A stretch of 64,000 nucleotides of DNA from Pseudomonadota bacterium. Its GTDB lineage: Bacteria > Pseudomonadota > Gammaproteobacteria > Steroidobacterales > Steroidobacteraceae. Location of the stretch: the NCBI GenBank assembly GCA_023423065.1, contig JAFAGC010000130.1, positions 60,118 to 124,117 of the forward strand, read 5' to 3'. Below the pieces are notes generated by a model. The model was not told where the DNA came from, did not search any database, and saw only the letters and a program-made list of their open reading frames with translations. Of this stretch, positions 51,139 to 61,199 are shown one piece after another. Numbering within the stretch: position 1 is the stretch's first letter; each line of letters begins with the position of its first letter. The position numbers and the translations under genes are program-made.

Positions 51139-52572
51139 GTGAAGTTGAACGATCTGATCCTTTTCGCTGCACTCCTTTTGCCGCTCACGGCGCTCGGGGG
51201 CCAGCAGAACGAAGAACAAGTAAGCGCAACGGAGTCATCACTTGATGAAATCGTTCAGCTCGCCGGGAAAGGCAATGCCGAAGCCCAATCGAAACTCGGC
51301 GCCGCCTACGCTCTCGGGAAGGGATTACCGCAAGACTCTTCGCTGGCGATTAGTTGGTTCCGGAAATCGGCCGAGCAAGGCCATGCCCAAGGCCAATATA
51401 ACCTTGGGGTGGCTTACTACCTCGGTGAGGGCGTGCAGCAGGACTACGCTCAGGCCGTCAGCTGGTTTCGCAAGGCAGCCGCACAAGGTCTTTCTGAAGC
51501 ACAAGCCTACCTTGGCATTTCTTACCGGCACGGGCACGGCGTGCCTCGAGACAATGGGCAGGCCGCGAGTTGGTACCGCAAAGCCGCCGAACAGGGGAAT
51601 GCATTTGCGCAAAATGAGTTCGGCGTTGCGCACCGTGACGGAGTCGGCGTGCCGAAGAACTACGCACAGGCCGTTAATTGGTTCCGTAAAGCCGCCGAGC
51701 AAGGGAATGCCGATGCGCAAACTTCTCTCGGCCGTGCTTACCAGAATGGAGAAGGTGTACCGCAGGACCAAGGGCTAGCTGTTAGTTGGTTCCGCAAGGC
51801 CGCCGAACAGGGGAATGCCGATGCGCAAGACAACCTCGGGCTTGCTTACGCCAACGCAAAGGGTGTACCTCAGGATTTCGCGCAGGCTACCGATTGGTTC
51901 CGCAAGGCTGCAGAACAGGGACACGCAGCCGCTCAAGTCAGGCTAGGCTTCGCCTATCGCTCCCAGGATCCTGCGCAGGCAGTAAGTTGGTTCCGAAAGG
52001 CAGCAGACCAAGGAGACGCCAGCGGGCAATTCATGCTCGGCATGGCTTACTCCCAAGGAAGCGGCGTACTGCAGGACTTTGTGCAGGCTGCCAGCTGGTT
52101 TCGCAAGGCAGCCGACCAAGGAAACGCCAGCGCGCAATTCATGCTCGGAAGCGCTTACGCCGGGGGACAGGGCGTGCCCCAGGATTACGCTCAGTCTACC
52201 AACTGGTACCGCAAGGCCGCCGAACAAGGAGACGCCGATGCGCAAGCCAAGATGGGACGCGCATATGCAGGAGGACACGGCGTACCGCAGGATTACAAGC
52301 TAGCTGCCCATTGGCTCCGTAAGGCGGCCGAACAAGGGAATGCCGAAGCGCAAGTTGGCCTCGGCCTTCACTACGGCGCGGGGTTCGGTGTACCGCAAGA
52401 TTCTGTGCTCGCATATGCTTGGCTGAATCTTGCGGCATCCCAAGGCAAAGACGGCGCCTCAGCGTCGCGCGACAGGGAAGCAGAGCGGCTCTCGCGATCG
52501 CAACTTGCCGAAGCTCAACGCCTCAGCAGCAATTGGCGTAAAGGCAAATCTCTCCAGCGGGAAGCCAAGTAG
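51139..52572 (+). CDS. secreted Sel1-like repeat (SLR) protein
   Basis: At least 12 tandem ~36-aa units of the form AQxxLGxAYxxGxGVPQDYAQAxxWFRKAAEQGxAxAQ. GTG 51139 follows AGGGA. There is a signal-like LILFAALLLPLTALGG. Confidence 0.8.
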   Translation: MKLNDLILFAALLLPLTALGGQQNEEQVSATESSLDEIVQLAGKGNAEAQSKLGAAYALGKGLPQDSSLAISWFRKSAEQGHAQGQYNLGVAYYLGEGVQQDYAQAVSWFRKAAAQGLSEAQAYLGISYRHGHGVPRDNGQAASWYRKAAEQGNAFAQNEFGVAHRDGVGVPKNYAQAVNWFRKAAEQGNADAQTSLGRAYQNGEGVPQDQGLAVSWFRKAAEQGNADAQDNLGLAYANAKGVPQDFAQATDWFRKAAEQGHAAAQVRLGFAYRSQDPAQAVSWFRKAADQGDASGQFMLGMAYSQGSGVLQDFVQAASWFRKAADQGNASAQFMLGSAYAGGQGVPQDYAQSTNWYRKAAEQGDADAQAKMGRAYAGGHGVPQDYKLAAHWLRKAAEQGNAEAQVGLGLHYGAGFGVPQDSVLAYAWLNLAASQGKDGASASRDREAERLSRSQLAEAQRLSSNWRKGKSLQREAK

Positions 52573-52625
52573 TGATAAGCGCCAGCGGAAGAACGGAACG
52601 CCAATAAAGAACGGGAGCCGCTGCG

Positions 52626-53204
52626 ATGGCGATGATGAAGATCCTACGTTCCCTTCTGTCTGGCCTAGCCGCGTTCCGTCGAGCCTTTGAGAAAACTACT
52701 ACGCGCATTGGGCATGAGAATCATGTTGCCCTGCTGAAAGCGCAGCTATTGGGGCCAATTCGGACGCACATGGAAATTGCATCAGTTCGTTGTGAAATAG
52801 ATGTTGAACTGCAAGATCCTAAGCTTCGCGAAGCCTATACCTCAATTGAACTCCACAACTCCTCAGAGGGCATGCCACCCTTTCCATGTGTAGACGTTGC
52901 CGAAATGCTTGGTGGAATTGAGCGGGCGTGCCGAAGGGACTCTCGGTTTCCAGAACTGCTGGCTCAGGCGCGGCAGGAGTTCTCAAATGAACTGCGAAAA
53001 ACTCGAAGAAGATTGCAAGACGACCGCAGATTTCGAGAAATGTTCTGCCGGATATTCAATGCGCGCAACTCTCTTAACGGCCTCAAAGCCCTTGGCTTGC
53101 TGGAGAAACCAGGATTACCCCCGTCTCATGACTTGATCTTGGAGACTGATCAACTAGCAACGCTACTTGAGATCCAGCACCTCTCGCAGACGCGCATCGA
53201 GTAG
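52626..53204 (+). CDS. hypothetical protein
   Basis: 192-aa ORF lying 54 nt after the SLR gene. No motif recognised. Confidence 0.45.
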   Translation: MAMMKILRSLLSGLAAFRRAFEKTTTRIGHENHVALLKAQLLGPIRTHMEIASVRCEIDVELQDPKLREAYTSIELHNSSEGMPPFPCVDVAEMLGGIERACRRDSRFPELLAQARQEFSNELRKTRRRLQDDRRFREMFCRIFNARNSLNGLKALGLLEKPGLPPSHDLILETDQLATLLEIQHLSQTRIE

Positions 53205-53363
53205 CGCCGCGAGTACGAGCGCATCATTCAAGGCGTCAACTGGGTCACGGCGCAGCGAAGCGATCAGTGCCGACTTGAGCCAGTCCGACGCAGCCGGGTC
53301 CGCCAAAACCTCAGGAATCTCGGCACCCGACGTATCCGCGACTTCAACGGGTCGGCTCATCAC
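53163..53363 (-). CDS. small hypothetical protein
   Basis: 66-aa acidic ORF that overlaps the end of the upstream minus-strand gene by 20 nt. Confidence 0.35.
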   Translation of the reverse strand: MMSRPVEVADTSGAEIPEVLADPAASDWLKSALIASLRRDPVDALNDALVLAALLDARLREVLDLK

Positions 53364-53997
53364 GCTTCGCCGATCTTACGGTTGATCGTTTCGGCTCACT
53401 TCGCAGCCGCACCGAAGGAAGTGGCTCGCCCTGCTTGATCGAGCCGGCGATCGCACCTCTGATCAATTCCAGAAACTTGGCCCGATCCGCCTCGTTCGCG
53501 ATCCGCTTGCTCGCGAATTCTTCGGCCGCTCTCACGCTCAAGAATGCGGAACGCAGCTCGGGATGCGCGCGTACGGACTCTCGAACATCAGCTTGCTCAT
53601 CGCGGAGCCGCCGCGCCATGCGCGCCCGCTCGGCGAAGAACTGCACCTTCTCTACCACCCAATGCGTGCGATGCGCCTGGCGCTCCGCCTGGCTCACAAC
53701 CTGGCCCGCGGCGTCGCGCAGCCTCTTTGTGATTGTCACGGCCTCGCGCGAAGCGCGGCGGGCACCGACCAAGTCGCCGACCGCCGGGCGGGTCTCGGCA
53801 TCGACCAAGGCACGTTCCAGATCCTTGCCCCACAGCGTGCGTTCGCCGCGGCTTGTAAGGAGCTTTAGATAGTAGGAGGGCTCCTCGGTCGCACGGAACT
53901 GATAGTTCGCACGTCCATGCGCCGCAAGACGACCTATCAGCAACTCACCATCACGGCGCCCAGCCGGCTCACGTGCTCGATTGGAGGCGTCTGACAA
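53344..53997 (-). CDS. hypothetical protein, paralogous to the C-terminal half of 54009..55238
   Basis: GRLAAHGRANYQF...YYLKLLTSRGERTLWGKDLERAL...GDLVG...THWVVEK aligns with GTLVEHGRAPYHH...YYAKVETSTGERTVWGVDLERAF...GDLVG...NRWIVEK. Confidence 0.6.
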   Translation of the reverse strand: MSDASNRAREPAGRRDGELLIGRLAAHGRANYQFRATEEPSYYLKLLTSRGERTLWGKDLERALVDAETRPAVGDLVGARRASREAVTITKRLRDAAGQVVSQAERQAHRTHWVVEKVQFFAERARMARRLRDEQADVRESVRAHPELRSAFLSVRAAEEFASKRIANEADRAKFLELIRGAIAGSIKQGEPLPSVRLRSEPKRSTVRSAKRDEPTR

Positions 53998-54008
53998 GTG
54001 CGTGCCCG

Positions 54009-55238
54009 TTAACCACGCACCAACTCAGCATCTCTGTCTCGAGCGGGCCGCATGCTCGGTGGCTTAGATGCGGGCTTCTCGCTCGCCCCTTGGGTGCGCC
54101 CGCGTTCCTTCAGCCGAGCCGGCGGCAACGCGTCCCCGCGAGCAACGGAGGTTGCGAGTGCTTCGCGCACTTTCTGAACAAAACGCTTCTGATCTTCGGG
54201 GTCGCGAAGTTGTTTGGCGGCGATCTCGGCAGCGTGCATTTGCAGATAGGTTCCCACCAACTCTGGATGCTTGCGTGCACCCTGCTTGGGATCGATCGAC
54301 GAATCTCGCAGGGTCTCTGCCGCGGCTGCTCGCTCTTGGAGGAACTCGCGCTTCTCGACGATCCAACGGTTCCGCACAGTTTGGAGGTCACGTTCGCGGA
54401 CAACCTTACCTTCGGCATCACGCTCGCGCGTCTTGACCGTAACAGGCTCTTGGCGCACCGCTCGCAATCCCACCAAATCGCCCGTCACCGGCTTGCTAAG
54501 AGACTCTTTGAAAGCCCGCTCCAGGTCTACGCCCCATACGGTCCGCTCGCCGGTCGAAGTCTCGACCTTCGCGTAATACGACATCGCCTCTTTCCTGTCG
54601 TGGTGATAGGGAGCGCGGCCGTGTTCGACAAGCGTTCCTACTAGCAATCCGCGAGGCCTGTTATCTCGCGCCGATCGATCTTGTGGCTGACCTACTTTCG
54701 CACGAACCCGCTGCTCCGCATGTGGTTCGGCAACTCGCAGCACGCCGGCCGCAGATTCCTTGGCCATAGAGCGCACCAGACGACTCTGCTCGAACTCGCT
54801 GGGTTTGTACCCTCTGGTCTCGAGTCCGGCAGCTTGTGCAGCCGCCCATGCCTCACGACGGAATCTCTCCGAGCCCTGCACTCGAACCTCGCCCCACCCT
54901 CGCGACTGCGCGATTGTGATCAGGCTTCGAATGACCTCCGTGTTCTCGCTCTGGGTCGTAAGCTTGTCGCCGCGGTCCGTGAATGCCTTGGCGCCATCCG
55001 GAAAAAAGTATTCATCCTTAACCTGCACGAAGCGACGGCGCACGTCTTCCGGCACAGCTGGCCTGGCTTCCGGCAGCCTTTCACGCGCCGCCGGCTTCGA
55101 CTGCTTGGGCTGCGCGGCAGCTTTGGGTGCGGCAGTCGGCTTCACGCGGCGCCGCGCAGGCCCGATGGAGTTTTCCTCAAGTTCCGGTGTTTCGGCAGCG
55201 CGTTTCACCGAAGGGGCGCTGTCGCGAGCGTTGCTCAT
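54009..55238 (-). CDS. LPD7-domain protein (conjugative-element associated)
   Basis: YFFPDGAKAFTDRGDKLTTQSENTEVIRSLITIAQSRGWGEVRVQGSERFRREAW...GLETRGYKPSEFE fits the large polyvalent protein-associated domain 7. Confidence 0.65.
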   Translation of the reverse strand: MSNARDSAPSVKRAAETPELEENSIGPARRRVKPTAAPKAAAQPKQSKPAARERLPEARPAVPEDVRRRFVQVKDEYFFPDGAKAFTDRGDKLTTQSENTEVIRSLITIAQSRGWGEVRVQGSERFRREAWAAAQAAGLETRGYKPSEFEQSRLVRSMAKESAAGVLRVAEPHAEQRVRAKVGQPQDRSARDNRPRGLLVGTLVEHGRAPYHHDRKEAMSYYAKVETSTGERTVWGVDLERAFKESLSKPVTGDLVGLRAVRQEPVTVKTRERDAEGKVVRERDLQTVRNRWIVEKREFLQERAAAAETLRDSSIDPKQGARKHPELVGTYLQMHAAEIAAKQLRDPEDQKRFVQKVREALATSVARGDALPPARLKERGRTQGASEKPASKPPSMRPARDRDAELVRG

Positions 55239-57250
55239 CGCGTTCTCTCCTCACCTTTCAGGCTCGACAAGAAGCTTTCCACCGCCGCATCGAGTGCCTG
55301 ATCGCTCAGGCGTTCACCGGCCTCGGTCGGAGACACATCGACACGAGAGAAGTCGGCGTCGAAGTCATCCAATGTCAAAGACTCCAGACGATCCAAGTCC
55401 TCAATCGTTGCTACGCGGGTCTGCGGACCTGAATCGAGAGCTTCACTAAGGCTCTTGTCTACGCCCGGTGGACCGCCATCGGGAGGGGGAGTTTCGCGGG
55501 AAATTGGTGCGATACCCGGTGCAAGGGCCGGTGGCTCAAGTAGCCTGGCTCGGAAGCGTCGGTCCTCGAAATACCGAATCTTTCGGCAACGGATGGGCCT
55601 GAGTCCCTCCAGAAAAATGACCGCCTCATGAGGACCCAGCTCTTTCACCTCCTGCGGAAGCAGAAGCGCCCGACGCTGCTCGCTCACGTTTACGCTGCGC
55701 CCCCGAGCGCCTTTCCCCGACGAAAAGTTGTGCAATGGCTTCGACAGCGTTCGGACCTTGACAGTCGTGTTACCGAGCTCGTCGGATATCTCCCGCGCAT
55801 CCGCGAAGTCTTTGGGCGCAAAAACAATCCGAGCTGCCAGGCTCTTGAGCATCGTTTCAGCGCCATTGACTCCATACACTTCTCGCAGCTGCGCTGGCGT
55901 CTGAATCACGAGCAGCACGCGAACGTTGTACCCGGGCAGATAGCTGATGGACTCCGCGATGATGGGAATACGCCCCAGCGCAGTGAACTCATCGAGTAGC
56001 ATCAATACCTGGCGCTTCAGAGTTGGATCATGCTCGGGTAGCGCTCGAGTCTGGAGTCCAATCGCCTGTTGAAAGAAGAGACTGAGCACGGGTCGCAGGC
56101 GATGGAGATCGTCCGGATTGACGCCAACATATAGCGATAGCGCTCGTCGCCGCAGGTCACGCAGGTCGAAATCATTTCCCGATGTGGCGGCATCGAGAAT
56201 TGGGTTCAGCCACAGATCGAGACGGCTAGTGAACGTCTTGCGGATGCTCGACGCCGTGACTGGCGCGAGGTCGATGACGTCATAGAGTGCGCGCACGCAT
56301 TCGGAGGACAGCGGGAATCGCCCGCTGTTTCGTCCCTCGATAACACGCTTCCAATGCGCACCGAATCCTTCGTCGTCGGAGGCCATGCCCTGGCGCAGTA
56401 CCTCGCCGATAGTCTTGAGCATCGAAGGCGTCTCGAAGAGATATAGCGCGATTCCCAGAAACAACGACCGTGCACTAGCCGTCCAGAAAGGATCGACGTT
56501 GGGCGGATCTGGATAGAGCATCTCAGCAATCCGCTGCAGATCGTTCACGCGTCGCCGTGGATCCGCTGACACGTAGAAAAATGGATTCCAGCGCGCCGTA
56601 CACCCATCCTCGGCGAAAGGGTCGAAGAGAAAGCACTCTTGCCCGGACTGGCTTCGGAAGCCGGCCGTGGCGACCCAGTTCTCTCGTTTGATGTCGACGC
56701 AAATAACCGAGTCGGGCCAATTCAGAAGGTTCGGGATAACGACGCCAGTGCCCTTTCCAGCTCTGGGCGGAGCGGCGAGTGCTACCCCCTGCTGGCCTGG
56801 CAACATCAGGCAACGGCGCCCGAGCCGGCCGAGGATGATTCCATGATCGCCCAGCAAGCCTGCTCTCCCAATTTCACCTCGGCGGGCGAACCGTGCGTCG
56901 CCGTGTAACGAGCGTCGTCGCGGCAACAGAACAGCAAGACCGCCCAGAGCCACGACGACCATTCCGGCGACGGATGCCAGCAGGAGCTTCTTGCGAATAT
57001 CGGCGCGATCGCGGAAGTAGTAGGCGTATCGCACTACCGTGATAGGGCTCGCGGCCTTCGCATCTAGCCGAACGGACCATAGGAATAGAAATCCAGCCAA
57101 ATACTGAGAAACAAGAAGTCCGGCGACTACCGCCGCGGCCCAGCGCCAAGGGAATCGCCGCGTCGGCTTACCGGGCGGACGCCAGGCTGCGGCGCTTGCG
57201 CTCTGGGTCATACCAGATTTCCTTGACGAAGCGCTGGTGGCGCTCGACAC
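55235..57250 (-). CDS. virD4: type IV coupling protein VirD4/TraG
   Basis: N-terminal TM helices, Walker A APPRAGKGTGVVIPN, and Walker B VLMLLDEF. Confidence 0.9.
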   Translation of the reverse strand: MSSATSASSRKSGMTQSASAAAWRPPGKPTRRFPWRWAAAVVAGLLVSQYLAGFLFLWSVRLDAKAASPITVVRYAYYFRDRADIRKKLLLASVAGMVVVALGGLAVLLPRRRSLHGDARFARRGEIGRAGLLGDHGIILGRLGRRCLMLPGQQGVALAAPPRAGKGTGVVIPNLLNWPDSVICVDIKRENWVATAGFRSQSGQECFLFDPFAEDGCTARWNPFFYVSADPRRRVNDLQRIAEMLYPDPPNVDPFWTASARSLFLGIALYLFETPSMLKTIGEVLRQGMASDDEGFGAHWKRVIEGRNSGRFPLSSECVRALYDVIDLAPVTASSIRKTFTSRLDLWLNPILDAATSGNDFDLRDLRRRALSLYVGVNPDDLHRLRPVLSLFFQQAIGLQTRALPEHDPTLKRQVLMLLDEFTALGRIPIIAESISYLPGYNVRVLLVIQTPAQLREVYGVNGAETMLKSLAARIVFAPKDFADAREISDELGNTTVKVRTLSKPLHNFSSGKGARGRSVNVSEQRRALLLPQEVKELGPHEAVIFLEGLRPIRCRKIRYFEDRRFRARLLEPPALAPGIAPISRETPPPDGGPPGVDKSLSEALDSGPQTRVATIEDLDRLESLTLDDFDADFSRVDVSPTEAGERLSDQALDAAVESFLSSLKGEERTR

Positions 57251-58241
57251 CGAACTGAATCACGACGTCAACCAGTAGGTAGAGAAGATTCTTGATGTCC
57301 GCCCGTGCCATTTCTTGCCCGCCGCGGCTCTGCTTGACTAGGAGGACGAGCTGCTCGAAGGCGAGCTCCGCGCTCGCAGCGTGGACGCTCGTAATGGAAC
57401 CGGGGTGCCCACTGTTGACGTTGCGCAGATAGTCGAATGCTTCCTCCGCTCGCAACTCGGCGAGCAAGATGCGATCCGGCTTCATGCGAAGACACGACTC
57501 GAGAAGCTGTTTCGGCGTGACTCGCGCGAGTCCCTGATCATCCTTGGAATAGAACAGGCGAACATGATTCGGATGCCGGTCGAGCACCAGTTCCTTGGCG
57601 TCTTCGATCGTGATCAACCGCTCCTCGGCCGGGATTTCTCTGATCAGCGCTTTTGTGTACGTTGTCTTTCCCGAACCGGTCGGACCCGACACCAGAATGT
57701 TCTTGCGGGCGTTCACAGCCAGGCGCATGAAATCCACGTAAGCCTGCTTCTCGAGTAGCGTCAACAACTCTCGCTCTGTTTCATCGAGCGAGTCTGCCGC
57801 GCGCCGGGTAGCGCGAAAGATTCCGCTCTTCGTGAGTTCGTCTATCGACCAGACCTGATCCGATGGGCGCCGAATTGTGATGGCCACGCAGTCCTGGCTC
57901 GTTGCCGGTGGCAAGACGATCTGAATTCTCTCCCCACTCGGCAATGAGGCCGACAGCAAAGGCGATTCCGCGTCAACTCGTTGGCGAGTTGAATTTGCGA
58001 CCAGCTTCGCGAGTCGCAAACACCAATCAAAGTCCGCAAACGGCAGCGCTTGGCGCCGCCAGCCCGAGCGAAGCTCGACGAACGCTTCACCCGGCCGATT
58101 GATGCAAAGCTCCGTGACCTCGGGATTCGCCAACAACGGCCGCAGGGCGCGCAACGTGAGATCGAGTGCGGAGCTCTCACGGGACTGATCGCATCGATCC
58201 GAGGCCGACTCAGCGAACTCGGGCTGTTGGCTTGAGTTCAT
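57168..58241 (-). CDS. virB11: type IV secretion ATPase VirB11
   Basis: VSGPTGSGKTT Walker A, LRMKPDRILLAELR, and NSGHPGSITSVHA. Confidence 0.9.
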   Translation of the reverse strand: MNSSQQPEFAESASDRCDQSRESSALDLTLRALRPLLANPEVTELCINRPGEAFVELRSGWRRQALPFADFDWCLRLAKLVANSTRQRVDAESPLLSASLPSGERIQIVLPPATSQDCVAITIRRPSDQVWSIDELTKSGIFRATRRAADSLDETERELLTLLEKQAYVDFMRLAVNARKNILVSGPTGSGKTTYTKALIREIPAEERLITIEDAKELVLDRHPNHVRLFYSKDDQGLARVTPKQLLESCLRMKPDRILLAELRAEEAFDYLRNVNSGHPGSITSVHAASAELAFEQLVLLVKQSRGGQEMARADIKNLLYLLVDVVIQFGVERHQRFVKEIWYDPERKRRSLASAR

Positions 58242-59475
58242 ACACACTTCTGAAGTCGAGATCGCGCGCCACCAGAATCTGTATTCGGTCACCGTTGCGT
58301 TTGGTTACGGTCGGACGGATGTTGACGGTGCTCTTGAGGACTTCGGTCATGACGTCGGAGGATGTCGAAGGGTTGTAGATCACGGAGTTTCCGTCGCCCG
58401 AGGACTGGGCGGCACCCTGAACCACTCCGTCGATTACAGAAATCAGGATCGCGGCTCCGAATCGTTCAAAGAAATGCCGATTCACTTCTCCTTCGAGACC
58501 CGAACGCCCTAGCTCATCGGTACCGGGCGAGGCTAACGGAATCACCACGCCCGTCGGTGTTCTCGCTTCCGTCCACAATACAAACACGCGCGCCTTGCCC
58601 TGTTGGACCTCGCCTTTGGTCTCCCCGACTAGTTTTGATCCACGCTCCAGTAGTACAGCTGTGCCATCGACACCGAAGGTATCTGTAGCAGTGACGCAGG
58701 TTGTCATGCCAGGCAGTGAAGAATCGATCGCTGTCTCGAGCGTGCAATCGATGAACGACCCCTTCGCGAGAAGCAGCCGCTGCGTTGGAAGGACTCGCGC
58801 CAGCGCAGCAGGCGTCGCGGTCGGCTTGAGAAGGCTATCGAGTGCGGCGCCCGACGCACTACCCGGCGATGTGGGTGCCCCACTCTCGGGAGTCCAGGGT
58901 TGAGAAGCGCCCAGGCTCGGTGAGCTTGTCGAGGCCGTCCCTGATCTGGCCGAACTGTCGGTGAGCCGCGAGTAAGCAGCCCCGGACAGCTTACGCTCGA
59001 GCTCGATCTGTTCTGGAGACTTGCCTGGTGGCTGCGACGAGTATCGGGCCGGCGGATCCCCCGCCGGTCGGAGCCACGCTTCAGGTATGTCTTCTGGCGG
59101 CGGTTCCTCGGGCTCCGGACCCAACACTGTCGCAGTGAGTCCGGGGTTTTCGGCTCTCACCACGGAAGGCGGATCTATCCTTCCCAACGGAGGCAACGGC
59201 ATTTCGCCGCGCGCCTTACCGCGAGAGGCCGATTGGGCATTCTCTCGCGCTTGCGCGTGGTTTGAGTATGTCCTCACGTAGTACCAGCCCAGCAGCCCGA
59301 TTCCGAGCGTCGCCATGAGTCCGATTGCAAGCAAATTGCTGACGCGCGACTGCAGTGAGCGCACGCGGTTGATCGATCCGATGCCACGTTCACCAGCGAC
59401 TGTTTCAGGAGGCGGCTGATCATCCGCCGGCGATGGCGCGGGCGCCTGGTCCTCCCTGACCGCGGCATCACTCAC
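58210..59475 (-). CDS. virB10: VirB10/TrbI
   Basis: Pro-rich N-terminus, one TM helix, and a C-terminal TrbI-like domain (GSFIDCTLETAIDSSLPG). Confidence 0.85.
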   Translation of the reverse strand: MSDAAVREDQAPAPSPADDQPPPETVAGERGIGSINRVRSLQSRVSNLLAIGLMATLGIGLLGWYYVRTYSNHAQARENAQSASRGKARGEMPLPPLGRIDPPSVVRAENPGLTATVLGPEPEEPPPEDIPEAWLRPAGDPPARYSSQPPGKSPEQIELERKLSGAAYSRLTDSSARSGTASTSSPSLGASQPWTPESGAPTSPGSASGAALDSLLKPTATPAALARVLPTQRLLLAKGSFIDCTLETAIDSSLPGMTTCVTATDTFGVDGTAVLLERGSKLVGETKGEVQQGKARVFVLWTEARTPTGVVIPLASPGTDELGRSGLEGEVNRHFFERFGAAILISVIDGVVQGAAQSSGDGNSVIYNPSTSSDVMTEVLKSTVNIRPTVTKRNGDRIQILVARDLDFRSVYELKPTARVR

Positions 59476-60280
59476 GGCTCGCTCCCTTGCGCTCGCGCGT
59501 CACCGTCGGCGTGATAGTTCCTGACTCGAGCCGCTCGCCACCGCCAGCAAAACTCTTGTTCACGACGCACCCGACGAGCTTCCCGCGTCTCAATATCAGC
59601 CTCGCAGCGACGCGATGAACGACGACGTCCCCATCGTCGATACTGAAGTTCAGCAGAGATTCGCTTCCATCATCATTGCGTACGAAGATTGCCGGCAGCT
59701 CTCCTTTGGCGCCGAATCGGAGTCGCGTATGCACCCCATCATCGGAGGCCGCCACTGGCTTGATGGATCGGCTCCCGCAGAACCAGTAATCGACATTTGT
59801 GCCACGAGCCTCTCGGGCCGCGGCGAGATCGCGCGCTACCTGTTCGGCCGGAGTCAGCGCATTTTCCGCCGCTGGCGGATACACAAACCGCACTGCATAC
59901 ATCACTTCATCGCCGAAGCGATTTGGAGTTCGTGAATAGATCGTGTAGTCGAAGTAGTAGCGTCTCTTCGTGGTTGTCACGGTCAAGTTCATTTGCGCGG
60001 TGGGCGCTCTCGGCCGAAGCGTGAGCACATTCTCGTGAGCGCTATACGTGATGGCTTCGGGATCGCCCGCACTGATGCCTACGAAAGATTCATCCGCTTC
60101 AAACTCCAGATCAACGAGATAGCCGACGAATCCGGACAGACGATAGACCTCATCAGCGTTGTACATCGCCGTGCGAATGCGCGAGTCCGTGTCGCCTCGA
60201 CGTGGCAGGGAATCAGCGCCCGATGGCCCTGCAAGGCTCATGAACCCGAATACCGCCACTGCCGAGATGATCCTCATCAA
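59468..60280 (-). CDS. virB9: VirB9/TrbG
   Basis: Signal peptide, a size of 270 aa, position between virB8 and virB10, and YNADEVYRL/RRYYFDY beta-rich motifs. Confidence 0.8.
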   Translation of the reverse strand: MMRIISAVAVFGFMSLAGPSGADSLPRRGDTDSRIRTAMYNADEVYRLSGFVGYLVDLEFEADESFVGISAGDPEAITYSAHENVLTLRPRAPTAQMNLTVTTTKRRYYFDYTIYSRTPNRFGDEVMYAVRFVYPPAAENALTPAEQVARDLAAAREARGTNVDYWFCGSRSIKPVAASDDGVHTRLRFGAKGELPAIFVRNDDGSESLLNFSIDDGDVVVHRVAARLILRRGKLVGCVVNKSFAGGGERLESGTITPTVTRERKGASRE

Positions 60281-61014
60281 TTGCCATCCTGTGTGGCACG
60301 CCCGACTGCAGCGACTGATTCGGATGCGGAAACTGCTTCTGGCTCTGGCCGAAACTCCACAACTTTGAAGCCCAGCGGATTCCAGCGGCGGGTCTTCGGA
60401 TCTTTAGACGGCTCCGCGAATGCATACTGAATGTTTGCAATCCAGTAGCTGCGCTGCTCCTCAGTGCCACCTGACGGGCGCTTCGCTTTCATGTATCGCA
60501 CTTGTGCGAGGTCGGAGACTCCGTTTGCTCGCGCGAAGAAGCTCACGGACGTGACCTGCGCACGTACAGTTGTGCCGTCCTTGTAGAGATTCAGCGGAGA
60601 AAGCGGATTCGACTTGCTCCACGTTGAATACCAGGCCTGGTTACGTTGCGGCGTATTGAAGGCACCGCATTCCTCGTAGTCGCTCTCGGCCGTTGAAAAG
60701 TTGAATCGCTCGCACACAGTCACATAGTGGTCCAAGAAGTACCGCGACACGGCCTCTGGCATCTCCGCCTTGCCTGCGTAGACCGGGACCACATCCACCA
60801 GGCCAGTTGTGTTGTCCACGCGGATCACGAAAGGATCAACGCGTTTCAACGGCATGAGCAGCATCAGCGCGAACGCGACAGCAATAGCGCATGTCCAGCC
60901 TGCCCCGGCCACCCACCAAGCGATTCGCGTTGTACGCCGTGTCTGCGCGATTCGATCTGCGTCCCACGAAGCCGCCTCGGAAAAGTACGCTTCCAGCGCG
61001 GCGTCACGACTCAT
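60277..61014 (-). CDS. virB8: VirB8
   Basis: One TM helix and VSRYFLDHYVTVCERFNFSTAESDY, which is VirB8-like. The start was taken at MSRDAALEAYF. Confidence 0.8.
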   Translation of the reverse strand: MSRDAALEAYFSEAASWDADRIAQTRRTTRIAWWVAGAGWTCAIAVAFALMLLMPLKRVDPFVIRVDNTTGLVDVVPVYAGKAEMPEAVSRYFLDHYVTVCERFNFSTAESDYEECGAFNTPQRNQAWYSTWSKSNPLSPLNLYKDGTTVRAQVTSVSFFARANGVSDLAQVRYMKAKRPSGGTEEQRSYWIANIQYAFAEPSKDPKTRRWNPLGFKVVEFRPEPEAVSASESVAAVGRATQDGN

Positions 61015-61199
61015 GGGGACACCTTGGCGGTGGACTCCGCCCTCGAGCTCGACGACGCCGATTTCTTGGCTGGCGAGTTGATTGGCTCGAGCCTTCCATC
61101 GCAAGGGACACGCGCTGCTGGAGCGACGCAGGCCTCAAGCGATCCGGTCAAGACGATTGCCGCCAACGTGCCCACCAAACCCCGAACTTTGAAGTTCAC
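61011..61199 (-). CDS. VirB7-like small lipoprotein
   Basis: 62 aa, signal peptide with a Cys (LTGSLEAC), located between virB6 and virB8. Confidence 0.55.
   Translation of the reverse strand: MNFKVRGLVGTLAAIVLTGSLEACVAPAARVPCDGRLEPINSPAKKSASSSSRAESTAKVSP

Noticed and set aside
54681-55449. Two long plus-strand ORFs (206 and 229 aa) antisense to the LPD7 gene
   Set aside because: These are Arg/Ser/Ala-rich shadow frames. The minus-strand protein has LPD7-like motifs and a paralogue next door.
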